A stretch of 64,000 nt of DNA from Opitutia bacterium. Lineage in GTDB: Bacteria; Verrucomicrobiota; Verrucomicrobiia; Opitutales; Opitutaceae. A program made the translations under genes and the position numbers. The notes beneath the pieces were generated by a model. That model was not told the origin of the DNA and searched no databases. It was given only the letters and a program-made list of their open reading frames with translations. Shown here one piece after another: positions 10,794 to 20,282 of the stretch. The stretch is taken from positions 43,091 to 107,090 of the forward strand of contig CANGHW010000005.1 in assembly GCA_947453695.1 (NCBI GenBank), read 5' to 3'. Numbering within the stretch: the first letter of the stretch is position 1; every line of letters starts with the position of its first letter.

Positions 10794-11393
10794 CTACACG
10801 CGGAGCATTCCGCGGAAGCCACGGCCGCTGTAGTAAGACTGTGCGCCGTTGTGGTAGATGAAGACGTGGCCGTAGCGGCGGTCGCCGAAGAGGGCGCCGC
10901 CGAGTGCGCGGATGTCAGGCGGGGCCTGCACCCAGCTCGATGACTTGGTGTCGAACTCTCCGAGCTGCTGCAGCTCGCGGTATTGGTCGGCGGTGAGCAG
11001 GGTGACGCCCATGGCCGCGGCCATCTCCATGGCGCTGGTCTGGGGCTTAAACTCTTTGCGGGAATCGAGCGCGGCGCGATCGTAGCACACACTGGTGCGA
11101 CCGGCGGGACTTTGCGCGGAGCAATCGACGAAGAGGAATTCACCCGTCTCTCGGTCCTGTCCGATCACATCCGGTTCGCCACCCGTGCGCTCCATCTCGG
11201 CGAGCGAGCGCAGCTTGGCGGGTTGGGCGGCGAGTTTCGCGGCGACGGCAGACCAAGCGAGTCCCTGATGACGGCGCGGATTGGCGGCGAAGCGCTCCTG
11301 CAGCGTGGCGAGCAGATCATCGTGGCCGCTCGACGCGCTGGCTGGCTTAGACGCGCGTGCTTTCTTCGTTGGGGCGGCGGCTTTGGTTTTCAC
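10794..11393 (-). CDS. DUF4256-family protein with a Lys/Ala-rich N-terminal tail
   Basis: The 199-aa ORF has a GTG start. The blocks MERTGGEPDVIG, FVDCSAQSPAGR and GALFGDRRYGHVFIYHNGAQSYY match my memory of DUF4256. This has not been checked by a search. Confidence 0.7.
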   Translation of the reverse strand: MKTKAAAPTKKARASKPASASSGHDDLLATLQERFAANPRRHQGLAWSAVAAKLAAQPAKLRSLAEMERTGGEPDVIGQDRETGEFLFVDCSAQSPAGRTSVCYDRAALDSRKEFKPQTSAMEMAAAMGVTLLTADQYRELQQLGEFDTKSSSWVQAPPDIRALGGALFGDRRYGHVFIYHNGAQSYYSGRGFRGMLRV

Positions 11394-11442
11394 GAGGGCG
11401 CGGGGAGGGCGCCCGCACCGGCGTGCCGGCGCGGTGGGGGAC

Positions 11443-12333
11443 TTACTTCAGCTCGGTCATGAAGCCCGGCAGTGACCATTGGTTCTGCAGGCTGTTGGGA
11501 TTGGAGTAGACCGTGGGAAACTGGATCGCGAGGTAGGTGCGGACGTCTTCCTGGGTCTTGCCTTGCTTGATCATGGCGCCGATGTCGGTGCGCATCTTCA
11601 CGACATTGTCCCGGTAGGTCTGGAGGCCGGCGCGATTGGTCACGGTGCCGTGGCCGGGGATTACTTTGTCGAAGTCGAGGGCGGCCATCGCACCGTCGAT
11701 GGTCTTGCTCCACTCGACAATGCTGCCGCCGCCCGAATAGTCGATGAGTGGAGTCACGCCGGCCATCAGATCGCCGGTGTGGAGGACGCGCTGGGCGGGA
11801 AAGTAGACGAGCACATCGCCGTTGGTATGGCCGCGGCCGAAGTAGCGGGCGCGCACTTCCTTGCCGCCGAGGAAGACGGAGGTCTCGTCGGTGAAGGTGA
11901 TGCGGGCCGGCTTCATCGTGGCGGGGGCGCCGGGCTGCTTGGCGTCGGTGATGTTGGCGCGGGCGTTTTTGTGGGAGATAATTTCCGCGACCTCGATGAA
12001 GCGGGTGTTGCCGCCGCTGTGATCGGAGTGGTGGTGGGTGTTGATCACGTATTTGACTGGCTTGTCCGTGACCGACTTCACCTGAGCCATGATTCCGTCG
12101 TAGTCCTGCTCAAACTTGGCGTCGACGAGGACGACGCCCTCGTCAGTGACGAGCAGACCCACATTACCGCCGCTGCCGATGATGACGAAGAGATCGTCGG
12201 CGACCTTCTCGATACCGAGCGGAGGGCGGCCCTGTTTCTGTTTGGCGGCGGGGGGCGTCTGGGACAGCGCGACGGGCGACGCGATAGCGAGAGTGAGGAG
12301 GGAAAACGCGAGCAAGGGAAGAGAACGGCGCAT
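11443..12333 (-). CDS. Secreted MBL-fold metallo-hydrolase
   Basis: It has the signal peptide MRRSLPLLAFSLLTLAIASPVALSQ, the metallo-beta-lactamase motif NTHHHSDHSGGN, and downstream HTNGD and PGHG. Confidence 0.85.
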   Translation of the reverse strand: MRRSLPLLAFSLLTLAIASPVALSQTPPAAKQKQGRPPLGIEKVADDLFVIIGSGGNVGLLVTDEGVVLVDAKFEQDYDGIMAQVKSVTDKPVKYVINTHHHSDHSGGNTRFIEVAEIISHKNARANITDAKQPGAPATMKPARITFTDETSVFLGGKEVRARYFGRGHTNGDVLVYFPAQRVLHTGDLMAGVTPLIDYSGGGSIVEWSKTIDGAMAALDFDKVIPGHGTVTNRAGLQTYRDNVVKMRTDIGAMIKQGKTQEDVRTYLAIQFPTVYSNPNSLQNQWSLPGFMTELK

Positions 12334-12447
12334 GGTGGGGGTGGGTGGGGCGATGCTTGGGAAAACCGATGGTGAATCGAGCTTGGAATGGTTGCCGGGT
12401 AAGCGGCGGACCGGTCATGAGAGCAGCGGGCGTGCCGCCGCGGGCGG

Positions 12448-13506
12448 CTATTCGGCCGGGACGACGCGGTCGGCCTCGGTCTGGCTCACGACCTTTTCCC
12501 GGACCTTGGCGAGAGCGGCCTCGCGCAGCGTGGTGAGGGGCTGCTTGTTCAACAAACCTGGGTAGGACAGGTAGTTCGTGGTGAGCACGTATTCGCGGAC
12601 GGCGGCGTTGATCGGAAGAAATTCGAAGACGCCCACGCGGCCGGTTGTGGTAGTCCGGAGCAGGCGCTGTGCGATGATGAGACGAAGGGCGCTTAGAAGA
12701 TCGTAACGAGGCACACCCATGTGCGCGAGGCGGTTGATGGCTTCGAGCGCGCTCGACGAGTGGATCGTCGACAACACGAGGTGGCCCGTTTGGGCAGCTT
12801 GGATGGCAATCTCGGCGGTCTCGCGGTCGCGTATCTCGCCGATCATGAGGACATCGGGGTCCTGCCGGATGAGACTGCGGAGCACACGTGCGAAAGAGAG
12901 ATCGATACGGGAGAATACCGGGACCTGGTTGACGCCGGGCAGCGTGATTTCCACCGGATCCTCGATGGTGGAGATATTGCGCGTGCGGTGATTGAGCGAG
13001 TTGAGCGCGCTATAGAGCGTGGTGGTTTTCCCGCTGCCGGAGGGGCCGGAGACCAAGATCAGACCGTTGGGCAGCGCGATGGTTTTCTCGAGGAGAGTGG
13101 TCTGGGCGGCGTCGAGGCCGAGCTCCGCAAACGTGCGCACGTGGGCCTTGGGATCGAGGAGGCGGAGGACGATCTTCTCGCCGTAGATCGTGGGGCACGT
13201 GCTGACCCGGATGCTGAGGTGGCGGGAGTCGGCGACGGGAAAATGGATGCGTCCATCCTGCGGGGCGCGCTGCTCGGCGATGTCGAGGTCGGCGAGGACC
13301 TTGAGTTGAGTATTTAGCCGGAGACCGAGGGACCTTTCGCCGACAAAGAGCGACTGCAGGAGTCCGTCCTGACGCATGCGGATATGGTAGTTCGTCTCGG
13401 CCGGCTCGAAGTGCAGATCCGACGCGCGGTGCTCGAAGGCGTAAGCGATGACCGAACTGACCTGATCAATGCTCGTGAAAGGCAGGGACTCCTGGGGCAA
13501 GGACAT
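12448..13506 (-). CDS. Minimal GspE/PilB-family secretion ATPase (orphan)
   Basis: The protein is 352 aa. It has Walker A (VSGPSGSGKTTT), an Asp box (TIEDPVE), Walker B (DPDVLMIGEIRD) and a His box (GHLVLSTIHS). It lacks the long N-terminal domains, and no tetracysteine cluster is visible in the C-terminal part. Confidence 0.85.
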   Translation of the reverse strand: MSLPQESLPFTSIDQVSSVIAYAFEHRASDLHFEPAETNYHIRMRQDGLLQSLFVGERSLGLRLNTQLKVLADLDIAEQRAPQDGRIHFPVADSRHLSIRVSTCPTIYGEKIVLRLLDPKAHVRTFAELGLDAAQTTLLEKTIALPNGLILVSGPSGSGKTTTLYSALNSLNHRTRNISTIEDPVEITLPGVNQVPVFSRIDLSFARVLRSLIRQDPDVLMIGEIRDRETAEIAIQAAQTGHLVLSTIHSSSALEAINRLAHMGVPRYDLLSALRLIIAQRLLRTTTTGRVGVFEFLPINAAVREYVLTTNYLSYPGLLNKQPLTTLREAALAKVREKVVSQTEADRVVPAE

Positions 13507-13574
13507 GCGGACTAGGCAGGCACAAGTTGGCGTCGGGGCGAAGCCGGGAGCAGGGCGGGTAACGCTTATTCCCC

Positions 13575-14975
13575 TCAGCCCGTCGCGCGCAGCTCCGTGA
13601 GCTGTTTCGTCGCGATGCCAACAGGGCGGTCGAGTGGGACGCCCGCGCAGCCGAGTAAGGTCGAGAGGAGATCGCCCTGATTACCGCGCACGCCGGTAAC
13701 GAAACGGCCAGTGTTGAGCGAGCCGCCGCCGCGGCCGGCGAGGATGAAGGGCAGGTTTTCGCGCTGGTGCTTGTTGCCGTCCTCGAGACCGGAGCCCCAC
13801 ATCATGATGCAGTTGTCGAGCAGGGTGCCGTCGCCCTCGCGGATGCTCTGCATGCGCTTCACCATGTAGGCGAACTGCGCGATGTTGAAGGCGGTGATCG
13901 CGGCGACCTTGCGGACCTTTTCCGCCTCGAAGTTGTGGTGGGTGTTGGAGTGATGCGTGTCGGAGAACCCAAGCTCGGGGTAGGACACGCCGTTGGGGGT
14001 GGAGCCGATGTAGGTGCTGATGCGCGTGGTGTCGGTCTGGAAGGCGAGCACGTTGAGGTCACACATGACCTGCATGTATTCGCTGCGTTTGTCGCCGAGC
14101 GGGATCTTGATCTCGATGGGCGGCGAATCGGACGCGTGGCGTTTGCTGACACTGACGCCGGCTTTCTCGAGCGCGGCTTCCTTCTGGCGATATTCAATGG
14201 CGGCGATGCGACGCTCCACGGAGCGCACGCTGTCGAGGTATTCGTCGAGCTTGTGCTGGTCGCCCTGCGGCAGAGTGCGGCGGAGGTCCTTCGCGCCGCC
14301 GAGCACGAGGTCGAGCATCTTGCGGTCGAGGGCGCTGGTTTGGGAGGACTGGACGGATTGGCCGGGGCGGCCGGCGGCATCGCGCATGCCGAAGAGTCGG
14401 TTGAGCACGCTGCGCGGATTGGTCTCAGCGGGCATGGCCTGCGTGGCCGAACGGTAACTGCAGTGCGAATAGTAGCCCTCGTTGAGGCCCTCCTGGTTCT
14501 CCTTGTGCGTTTGCGGCATCGTGGCCAGCTCCAGCGACGGCAGAGAAGTGAGGTGGCCGATGTGGTTGGCGGCGATCTGGTCGGCGGAGATCGAGATATT
14601 GATTTGGCTGCGGCGGTCGGCGTCGGGGAGGCGGGCGGTGAGCCAGGTGGACAACTCGAGGGCGTGCGGAGCGCCGTTGAACGGCGAGATCGGCACACCG
14701 GAGATGCCCTTCATCAAAAGACACTCGCCGAGCACGGAGCGCAGCGATTCCAGGGCGGGCGGCGGAGTGGTGAGAAACGTGTCCGGACTCGCAGGCCAGA
14801 ACTGGTCCATGATCACGCCGTGCGGCATATACATGAAGCCGAGGCGGACGGGGGGCTTGGCGGCCTTTTTCTTTTCCGGCTCGGCCCAGCCCATCGATTC
14901 GAAGAGCGGCAGGGCGAGGGCGACGCCGAGACCTTTGAGACACGTGCGACGATCGATGAGGTGGGTGCTGCTCAT
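13575..14975 (-). CDS. DUF1552-family protein with a twin-arginine signal (pair A)
   Basis: It starts [28 protein letters not shown], a Tat-like signal. It shares blocks with 20283..21563 (LxxDxTRIxT, HHxLSHH/HHSNTHH, GxGxxDxNxH, [19 protein letters not shown]). Confidence 0.85.
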   Translation of the reverse strand: MSSTHLIDRRTCLKGLGVALALPLFESMGWAEPEKKKAAKPPVRLGFMYMPHGVIMDQFWPASPDTFLTTPPPALESLRSVLGECLLMKGISGVPISPFNGAPHALELSTWLTARLPDADRRSQINISISADQIAANHIGHLTSLPSLELATMPQTHKENQEGLNEGYYSHCSYRSATQAMPAETNPRSVLNRLFGMRDAAGRPGQSVQSSQTSALDRKMLDLVLGGAKDLRRTLPQGDQHKLDEYLDSVRSVERRIAAIEYRQKEAALEKAGVSVSKRHASDSPPIEIKIPLGDKRSEYMQVMCDLNVLAFQTDTTRISTYIGSTPNGVSYPELGFSDTHHSNTHHNFEAEKVRKVAAITAFNIAQFAYMVKRMQSIREGDGTLLDNCIMMWGSGLEDGNKHQRENLPFILAGRGGGSLNTGRFVTGVRGNQGDLLSTLLGCAGVPLDRPVGIATKQLTELRATG

Positions 14976-14991
14976 GGGAAAAGAAGTGGGG

Positions 14992-16917
14992 TTATTGGAT
15001 TCGGCGCTGCGTGAAGGGGTAACTGGTCACGATTTCACTGATGAGGGTTTGGAGGCGGTAGCCGTCTTTGGCGATGGTTTCCATCAGGCGGTCGACGACG
15101 ATTTCGTCGTAGCCCTCGAGCTGGCGGCAGAGGGCGTAGGCAAGGAGTTTCTCGGTGAGATTGCGCGCGAGGTCGGCTTCGCGGGCGGCGATGATGGCTT
15201 TCAATTCCTTCGGTGACGAAAAGCGTTTGCCGCCCGGAAGCTCGCCGCTGGCATCGATGGGGCCGCTGCCCTCCTCGGCGTCGCGCCAGCGGCCGATCGC
15301 GTCGAAGTTCTCCAAGCCGAAACCGATCGGGTCGAGGATGCGGTGGCAGTTGGCGCAGACGGGATCGGTGCGGTGCAGCTCGGTGCGCTGGCGCAGCGTC
15401 AGGTTGGCGACTTTGGCCTGATCTTGTTTTTCGAGCGAAGGAACATTGGGCGGCGGGGCCGGCACGTGCTCGCCGAGCACCTGCTCGAGGACCCAGACGC
15501 CGCGTTTGACGGGGCTGGTGCGATTGGGAAACGAAGTCGTCGCGAGGATGCCGGGCATGCCGAGAATGCCGCCGCGATTGGCGTCGGTGAGCTGCACGCG
15601 GCGCATGGCGGGCCCGGCGATGGTTTTCTCCAGGCCGTAAAGCTGGGCGAGCGGGCCGTTGAGATAGGTGTAGTCGCTGTCGACGAAGGCGACGACGCGG
15701 CGATTTTCGCGGATGAGGCTTTCGAAGAAGAGTCGCGCTTCCTCATACATGGCCGTGCGGACCTCGGCGGTCATGACGGGGAATTGGGCCGCGTCGAAGG
15801 TCTTGCCGGCGAGTTCGCCAAGCCCGAGCCATTGCGCGCCGAAGCCGTCGAACAACGCGCGCGAACGCGGATCCTGCAGCAGGCGCTTCACCTGCGCCTG
15901 GAGCACAGCGGGCTCGTGGAGCGTGCCGCGGTCGGCGAGGGCGGCGAGCTCGGCATCGGGCAGGGTGGCCCAAAGCAGATACGAGAGGCGCGACGCGAGT
16001 TGATGGTCGTCGAGCGGGACGATCTTACGGCCGGCTTCGGCGGTGGCCGCGGGTGTGATATAGAGGAACTGCGGCGAGACGAGGATCGCCTTGAGCATCA
16101 GACCGAGGGCGGCCGGGTAGGAGAGTTTGTTCTCCTGCCCGAGGTCGAACACGCCGAGGAGGACATCGAGTTCAGGCTCCGAGGGCGGGCGGCGGTAAGC
16201 GCTGCGGGCGAGCGAGCGGGCGACCTGGCGAGCGGCGGCGCGGACATCGGCGCCGGCCGGGGGCGTCGCACCGAAGAGACGCACCTGCACGGGTGTCGGC
16301 GCGGCGCCCGCGGGAGCGACGACGCGCTCGAGCACGGTGTTGGCGATGCGGAGATATTGCTCCGACTGGAGAGGCGAGAGGTTGTTGAGGTAACCCTCAC
16401 CCACGACCTCATCCGGCAACTCGGCGGTGACCGACGCGTCGACGCCGAAGAGATCATGGAGGGTGTTGCCGTATTCGACCTTGGTGAGACGGCGAAGCGC
16501 GAAGGGACCGGGATCGGGCGTGCTGAGATATTTGAGCTGCGAGATCCACTGCTCGAACATCTGGCGATCCGCCTCCGAAGGCTGCGGGTCGGCATCGTCG
16601 GGCGGCATGTCGTGAGCCCGCACGTTGATGACGGCCTGCTTCCAGTGTTTGCTGAAACCAGCCGCGCCGGGGTATTTGAGCGCGGACTCGAAGTTCACTC
16701 CTCCCTTCGACTTCCGGTTGCTGTGGCAACTTAGGCAGTTGGTCTTCACGAACGGCGTCACCTTCTCGCGAAAGGATTTTTTGATCTCGGCCTGCAGGGT
16801 GGCGAGTTCGGCGTCGTTCGTCGGCGGTGCTGCTCCGGCCGGGGTAGCGAGCGGGAAGGTGAGGGCGGAAAGCACGGCGGTGAGGACGCCGCGACGAAGG
16901 AGTCCGAGCTGGGTCAT
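14992..16917 (-). CDS. DUF1592/DUF1588/DUF1585-type protein with two CxxCH motifs (pair A)
   Basis: The 641-aa protein has a signal peptide, CLSCH near the N-terminus and [25 protein letters not shown] near the C-terminus. It is a paralogue of 17723..20281. This architecture is typical of Planctomycetota/Verrucomicrobiota. Confidence 0.85.
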   Translation of the reverse strand: MTQLGLLRRGVLTAVLSALTFPLATPAGAAPPTNDAELATLQAEIKKSFREKVTPFVKTNCLSCHSNRKSKGGVNFESALKYPGAAGFSKHWKQAVINVRAHDMPPDDADPQPSEADRQMFEQWISQLKYLSTPDPGPFALRRLTKVEYGNTLHDLFGVDASVTAELPDEVVGEGYLNNLSPLQSEQYLRIANTVLERVVAPAGAAPTPVQVRLFGATPPAGADVRAAARQVARSLARSAYRRPPSEPELDVLLGVFDLGQENKLSYPAALGLMLKAILVSPQFLYITPAATAEAGRKIVPLDDHQLASRLSYLLWATLPDAELAALADRGTLHEPAVLQAQVKRLLQDPRSRALFDGFGAQWLGLGELAGKTFDAAQFPVMTAEVRTAMYEEARLFFESLIRENRRVVAFVDSDYTYLNGPLAQLYGLEKTIAGPAMRRVQLTDANRGGILGMPGILATTSFPNRTSPVKRGVWVLEQVLGEHVPAPPPNVPSLEKQDQAKVANLTLRQRTELHRTDPVCANCHRILDPIGFGLENFDAIGRWRDAEEGSGPIDASGELPGGKRFSSPKELKAIIAAREADLARNLTEKLLAYALCRQLEGYDEIVVDRLMETIAKDGYRLQTLISEIVTSYPFTQRRIQ

Positions 16918-17025
16918 GCCGTTTTCATGAGGGAGGCGTGCACTGTTTCCGGCTGACCGCGTGCGCTCAAATGTAATCTCTCGTAAGCGGATGGCACGCG
17001 CACGGCAGGGCTGGCGCTGGCGGAT

Positions 17026-17595
17026 CTACGCGGTCGCAGTGCGTCGGGCCGAGACAAAGAGGACAGCGGCGAAGCCGGATTCGATGGCAGCGCCGGCGAA
17101 GGCGCCAAGCGTCGGAGCTGCGTTGGCCAGACCGATTGCACATCCGGTGGCGGCGAGCACGGCGCCGCAGATCCAATAGAGCCGCAGCCCGTAGAGCGTG
17201 GCAAAGGTGAGGTAACGACCGCCGATGATGAGAAGCATGGCCGGGAAGAACCACTCGGGGCGGAGGCGCGACACGCCAAACGCGAGGGACAACATCAGGA
17301 TCATCCAAAACGTCGTCGCCAGCGCGAGGGAGCCGAGTGGGTTGTCGGCGCGGTGTTTACCCGGGCGGCCCAGCGCCTTGGTGAGCAATACGGACACGGG
17401 AAAAATCAGCATGCCGCCCAGGAGCAACGTCCAGATCGCGCGCGTGGGTGGGGTAACGAGGGACACCACGCCGGCGATGGCCCACACGGTGGCGGACGTG
17501 AGCAGCCCAGGGGCGCCGTCGTAGTAGGCGAAACGCATCTCGCGTTGGGCTTCGGCCAGAGTCGGCGAGGAAGAATTGGCGGATGAAGCACTCAT
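17026..17595 (-). CDS. Hypothetical polytopic membrane protein
   Basis: This is ORF 17026..17760 trimmed to the ATG at 17595 (MSASSANSS..). It has about six hydrophobic segments and I recognise no motif. It sits between the two DUF1592/DUF1552 pairs. Confidence 0.6.
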   Translation of the reverse strand: MSASSANSSSPTLAEAQREMRFAYYDGAPGLLTSATVWAIAGVVSLVTPPTRAIWTLLLGGMLIFPVSVLLTKALGRPGKHRADNPLGSLALATTFWMILMLSLAFGVSRLRPEWFFPAMLLIIGGRYLTFATLYGLRLYWICGAVLAATGCAIGLANAAPTLGAFAGAAIESGFAAVLFVSARRTATA

Positions 17596-17722
17596 GGTGG
17601 CGGTGGCTGCTTCGGCAGCGTGGAGGCGGCAGAGGGTAAAGGCGCCGGTTCTTTGCGGGCGTCCTGCTGGCGCCGCGATTCTGGTGCCACGAGCACGGTG
17701 CAGCTGGGTGCGGCGGTCGATT

Positions 17723-20281
17723 TCACCGCGAGCGGAAGGTTTCACTGGCGAGGCACTCAATGACGAGCGTGCGCAGGCCGTAGTTATCCTTCTTCACAGC
17801 CTGCAGGATGTCATCGACCACGAAATCATCACTGGTGGTGAGGTGGCGGCCGGTGGCGTAGCTGAGAAACTGTTTGATGAGGTGCCGGGTAAATTGATCC
17901 GTCCGGTTGGCGACGAGGCGGGCTTTGAATTCGCGGAAGTCGGCGTAGGTCTCGCCCGAGCCAAACTCGCCGGAGGAGTCGACTTTCGGGGCCGTGCCTT
18001 TGCCCTTGGGTTTCGCGTAGGTGTCGCGCCAGCGGCCGATGGGATCGAAGGTTTCGAGGCCGAAGCCGAGGGGGTCGATCTTGCGGTGGCATTCGGCGCA
18101 GGCCTGGTCGGCGCGGTGTTTGGCGAGGCGCTCGCGGATGGTGGTGGCGCCGCTCACATCGGCCCCGAGGGCGGGAACGACATCCGGCGGCGGGGGCGGT
18201 TTGATGCCGAGGATGTTTTCCATGACCCACACGCCGCGCGTGACGGGCGAGGTTTCCACGCCGTTGGCGCTGACGGTGAGGACGCCGGCCATGCCGAGCA
18301 GTCCGCCGCGCTGGGTATTGCCCGGGAAGCTGACCCGCTGGAAACCGTCGGCGATGCGCAGGATCTTTTGCGCGGGGAGGCCGTAGAGTTTGGCGAGCCG
18401 CTTGTCGGCAAACGTATAGTCGGCATCGAGGAATTGCTGCACCGAGCCGTTTTCCCGGAGCAGGTGCCGGAAGAAGAGACGGGCCTCCGTCTTCATGGCC
18501 TCGGGCAGATTCTCCGCGTAGTAGACCCGCATGGTTTCGCGCGGGGGTGGTTGGCTGCCGAGGTCGCGCAGGTTGAGCCAGCTGTCGAGGAAGCCGTTGA
18601 TGAAGCCGCTCACGCGGTCGTCGGCGAGGAGCCGCGCGCTCTGTTGGCGCAGCTCCGCGGGCTTCGTGAGTTTCTTGGCGACGGTGAGCAACTCGGCGTC
18701 GGGCGGGGCGCTCCAGAGTGCGTAGGAAAGGCGGGAGGCGAGATCGTAGGGGCCGAGCTTGGGGTCTTTCTCGTTGGTGATCTCGCTGAAGTAGAGGAAC
18801 GACGGCGAGCACAGGATCATCTTCAGAGTATCGAGAGCCGCCTGCCACCGGGTGGCCTGCTCGGCGATCCGGCGCTCGTAGGTTTTCCGGATGGCCGTGC
18901 GATCGGCCGAGGTGAGCGGACGCCGGTAGGCGCGGGCACCGAAGTCATAGAGTTGATCGAGGGCCTGCTTGGCTTGGAAGCCCTGCGCGCCAAACACCGC
19001 GCGCTCCTCGGCGCTGCCGCCCGGCTCGGCGAGCGGGCCGGCGATCTTGATCTCGCCGATGCGGATGTGCGGGAGTTTTCCCTCGCCGGTGATCAAGTGC
19101 GTGCGGCTGACGCCGGCATTGGCAAACTTGGCATCGAACTCGCCCTTGTAGCGCTTGTTGACCTCGAGGACGGAGGCACGCGACTCGTAGGGACCGTTGG
19201 GAAAAATGAATCGCGGGGTCTGTCCGGCCTCGAGCCAGACGCGGAACTTGAGCCACGTCGGCTGATCGTCGGGCACGGTGGCCTGCGCGAGGAGTGGCTC
19301 GATGGCCTGCGGATAGTGGATGTGATTCTTGGTAGCGTCGCCGGGGACGATGCCCAGCAGGAAGGGTTCGGAGAAATCGATGCCGAAGATGGTGGGATCG
19401 TAGTGCGTGTCGCGGTGCATGGCCTGCGCGAGGACCTCGATGTCGTAGAGGCCGGAGACGGGCACGCCCTTCAGGAAATCCTCGATGTGGCCGTAGCCGC
19501 CCTGGCGGGTGTCGGTATTGGGCTGCTCGTAGAGGCAGAGATACTTGAAGTTGAACGCGGATTTGTGCGGGCCCTGGAGCTCCTCGTATTGGACAAAGTG
19601 GTCTTTGAAGTGCCACGTCTTCGGCGGTGTGTCCGGCCGGCCGAGGCGGGTCTCGACGAGGCGATTGGCGGATTGGAAATACTGATCGAGGAGGAAGCCG
19701 GAGGTGACGAGGGACTGGCCGATGGTATCGATGTGCTCGCTCGCCTTCTCCTTGGGGAAATCAGCGGTGAGGCCGAGGGTGTCGACGCGGCGGCCAAACA
19801 AAGTCGCGAGGGTATTTTCGTATTCCCGATTGGAAAGCCGGCGCATCACGGTGCGCGCGACGGGGGTTTCAATCTTGCCGCGGGTTGAGGCGATGTTTTC
19901 CCGCAGCAGGCGGATGATCGCGAGCCGCTCGTCGTCGCTCGGTTGGGCCTTTTCCTTGATCGGCGGCATCTCCCGCAAGGTGAGCTGATCGACGATGTCC
20001 TTGGCGGCGATCAGGGAGGCGACGTTGGTGAGCGGAAATTTGAAACTCTCGAACTCGCGGTCGCCTTTCTGCGTCACGGTGTCGTGGCACTTGAGGCAGT
20101 ATTTATCGAGGAAGGGGATCAGGGCCTTCTGGGCAGGCGATTCCGCGGCGGGGGCGAAGGTGGCGGTGAAGCAGCAGACGAAGAGGGCGAGGACGCGCGC
20201 GCTTAAACGACGGGCCCATGCCGGCACAGGGGCGTGCCCGCTGACCGCGAATGCCAGGCGACCCGGAGCGTCTGAAGCCAT
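17723..20281 (-). CDS. DUF1592/DUF1588/DUF1585-type protein with two CxxCH motifs (pair B)
   Basis: This is ORF 17723..20620 trimmed to the ATG at 20281 (MASDAPGRLAF..), because the upstream part overlaps the DUF1552 gene in another frame. It has CLKCH and CAECHRKIDPLGFGLETFDPIGRWR. The gap to the upstream gene is 1 nt. Confidence 0.85.
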   Translation of the reverse strand: MASDAPGRLAFAVSGHAPVPAWARRLSARVLALFVCCFTATFAPAAESPAQKALIPFLDKYCLKCHDTVTQKGDREFESFKFPLTNVASLIAAKDIVDQLTLREMPPIKEKAQPSDDERLAIIRLLRENIASTRGKIETPVARTVMRRLSNREYENTLATLFGRRVDTLGLTADFPKEKASEHIDTIGQSLVTSGFLLDQYFQSANRLVETRLGRPDTPPKTWHFKDHFVQYEELQGPHKSAFNFKYLCLYEQPNTDTRQGGYGHIEDFLKGVPVSGLYDIEVLAQAMHRDTHYDPTIFGIDFSEPFLLGIVPGDATKNHIHYPQAIEPLLAQATVPDDQPTWLKFRVWLEAGQTPRFIFPNGPYESRASVLEVNKRYKGEFDAKFANAGVSRTHLITGEGKLPHIRIGEIKIAGPLAEPGGSAEERAVFGAQGFQAKQALDQLYDFGARAYRRPLTSADRTAIRKTYERRIAEQATRWQAALDTLKMILCSPSFLYFSEITNEKDPKLGPYDLASRLSYALWSAPPDAELLTVAKKLTKPAELRQQSARLLADDRVSGFINGFLDSWLNLRDLGSQPPPRETMRVYYAENLPEAMKTEARLFFRHLLRENGSVQQFLDADYTFADKRLAKLYGLPAQKILRIADGFQRVSFPGNTQRGGLLGMAGVLTVSANGVETSPVTRGVWVMENILGIKPPPPPDVVPALGADVSGATTIRERLAKHRADQACAECHRKIDPLGFGLETFDPIGRWRDTYAKPKGKGTAPKVDSSGEFGSGETYADFREFKARLVANRTDQFTRHLIKQFLSYATGRHLTTSDDFVVDDILQAVKKDNYGLRTLVIECLASETFRSR

Positions 20282-20282
20282 C

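Noticed and set aside
12448-13506. Type II secretion or type IV pilus locus
   Set aside because: The single ATPase stands alone. No platform, secretin, pilin or peptidase genes are in the flanking 10+ kb.
17576-19888. 770-aa ORF on the plus strand, and similar long ORFs at 13767..15014, 15343..16734, 824..1789 and 3074..4321
   Set aside because: All are antisense to, or out of frame with, strongly supported genes (the DUF1592/DUF1552 genes and the TonB receptor). All show the G/A/E/R/V composition typical of wrong-frame GC-rich sequence.
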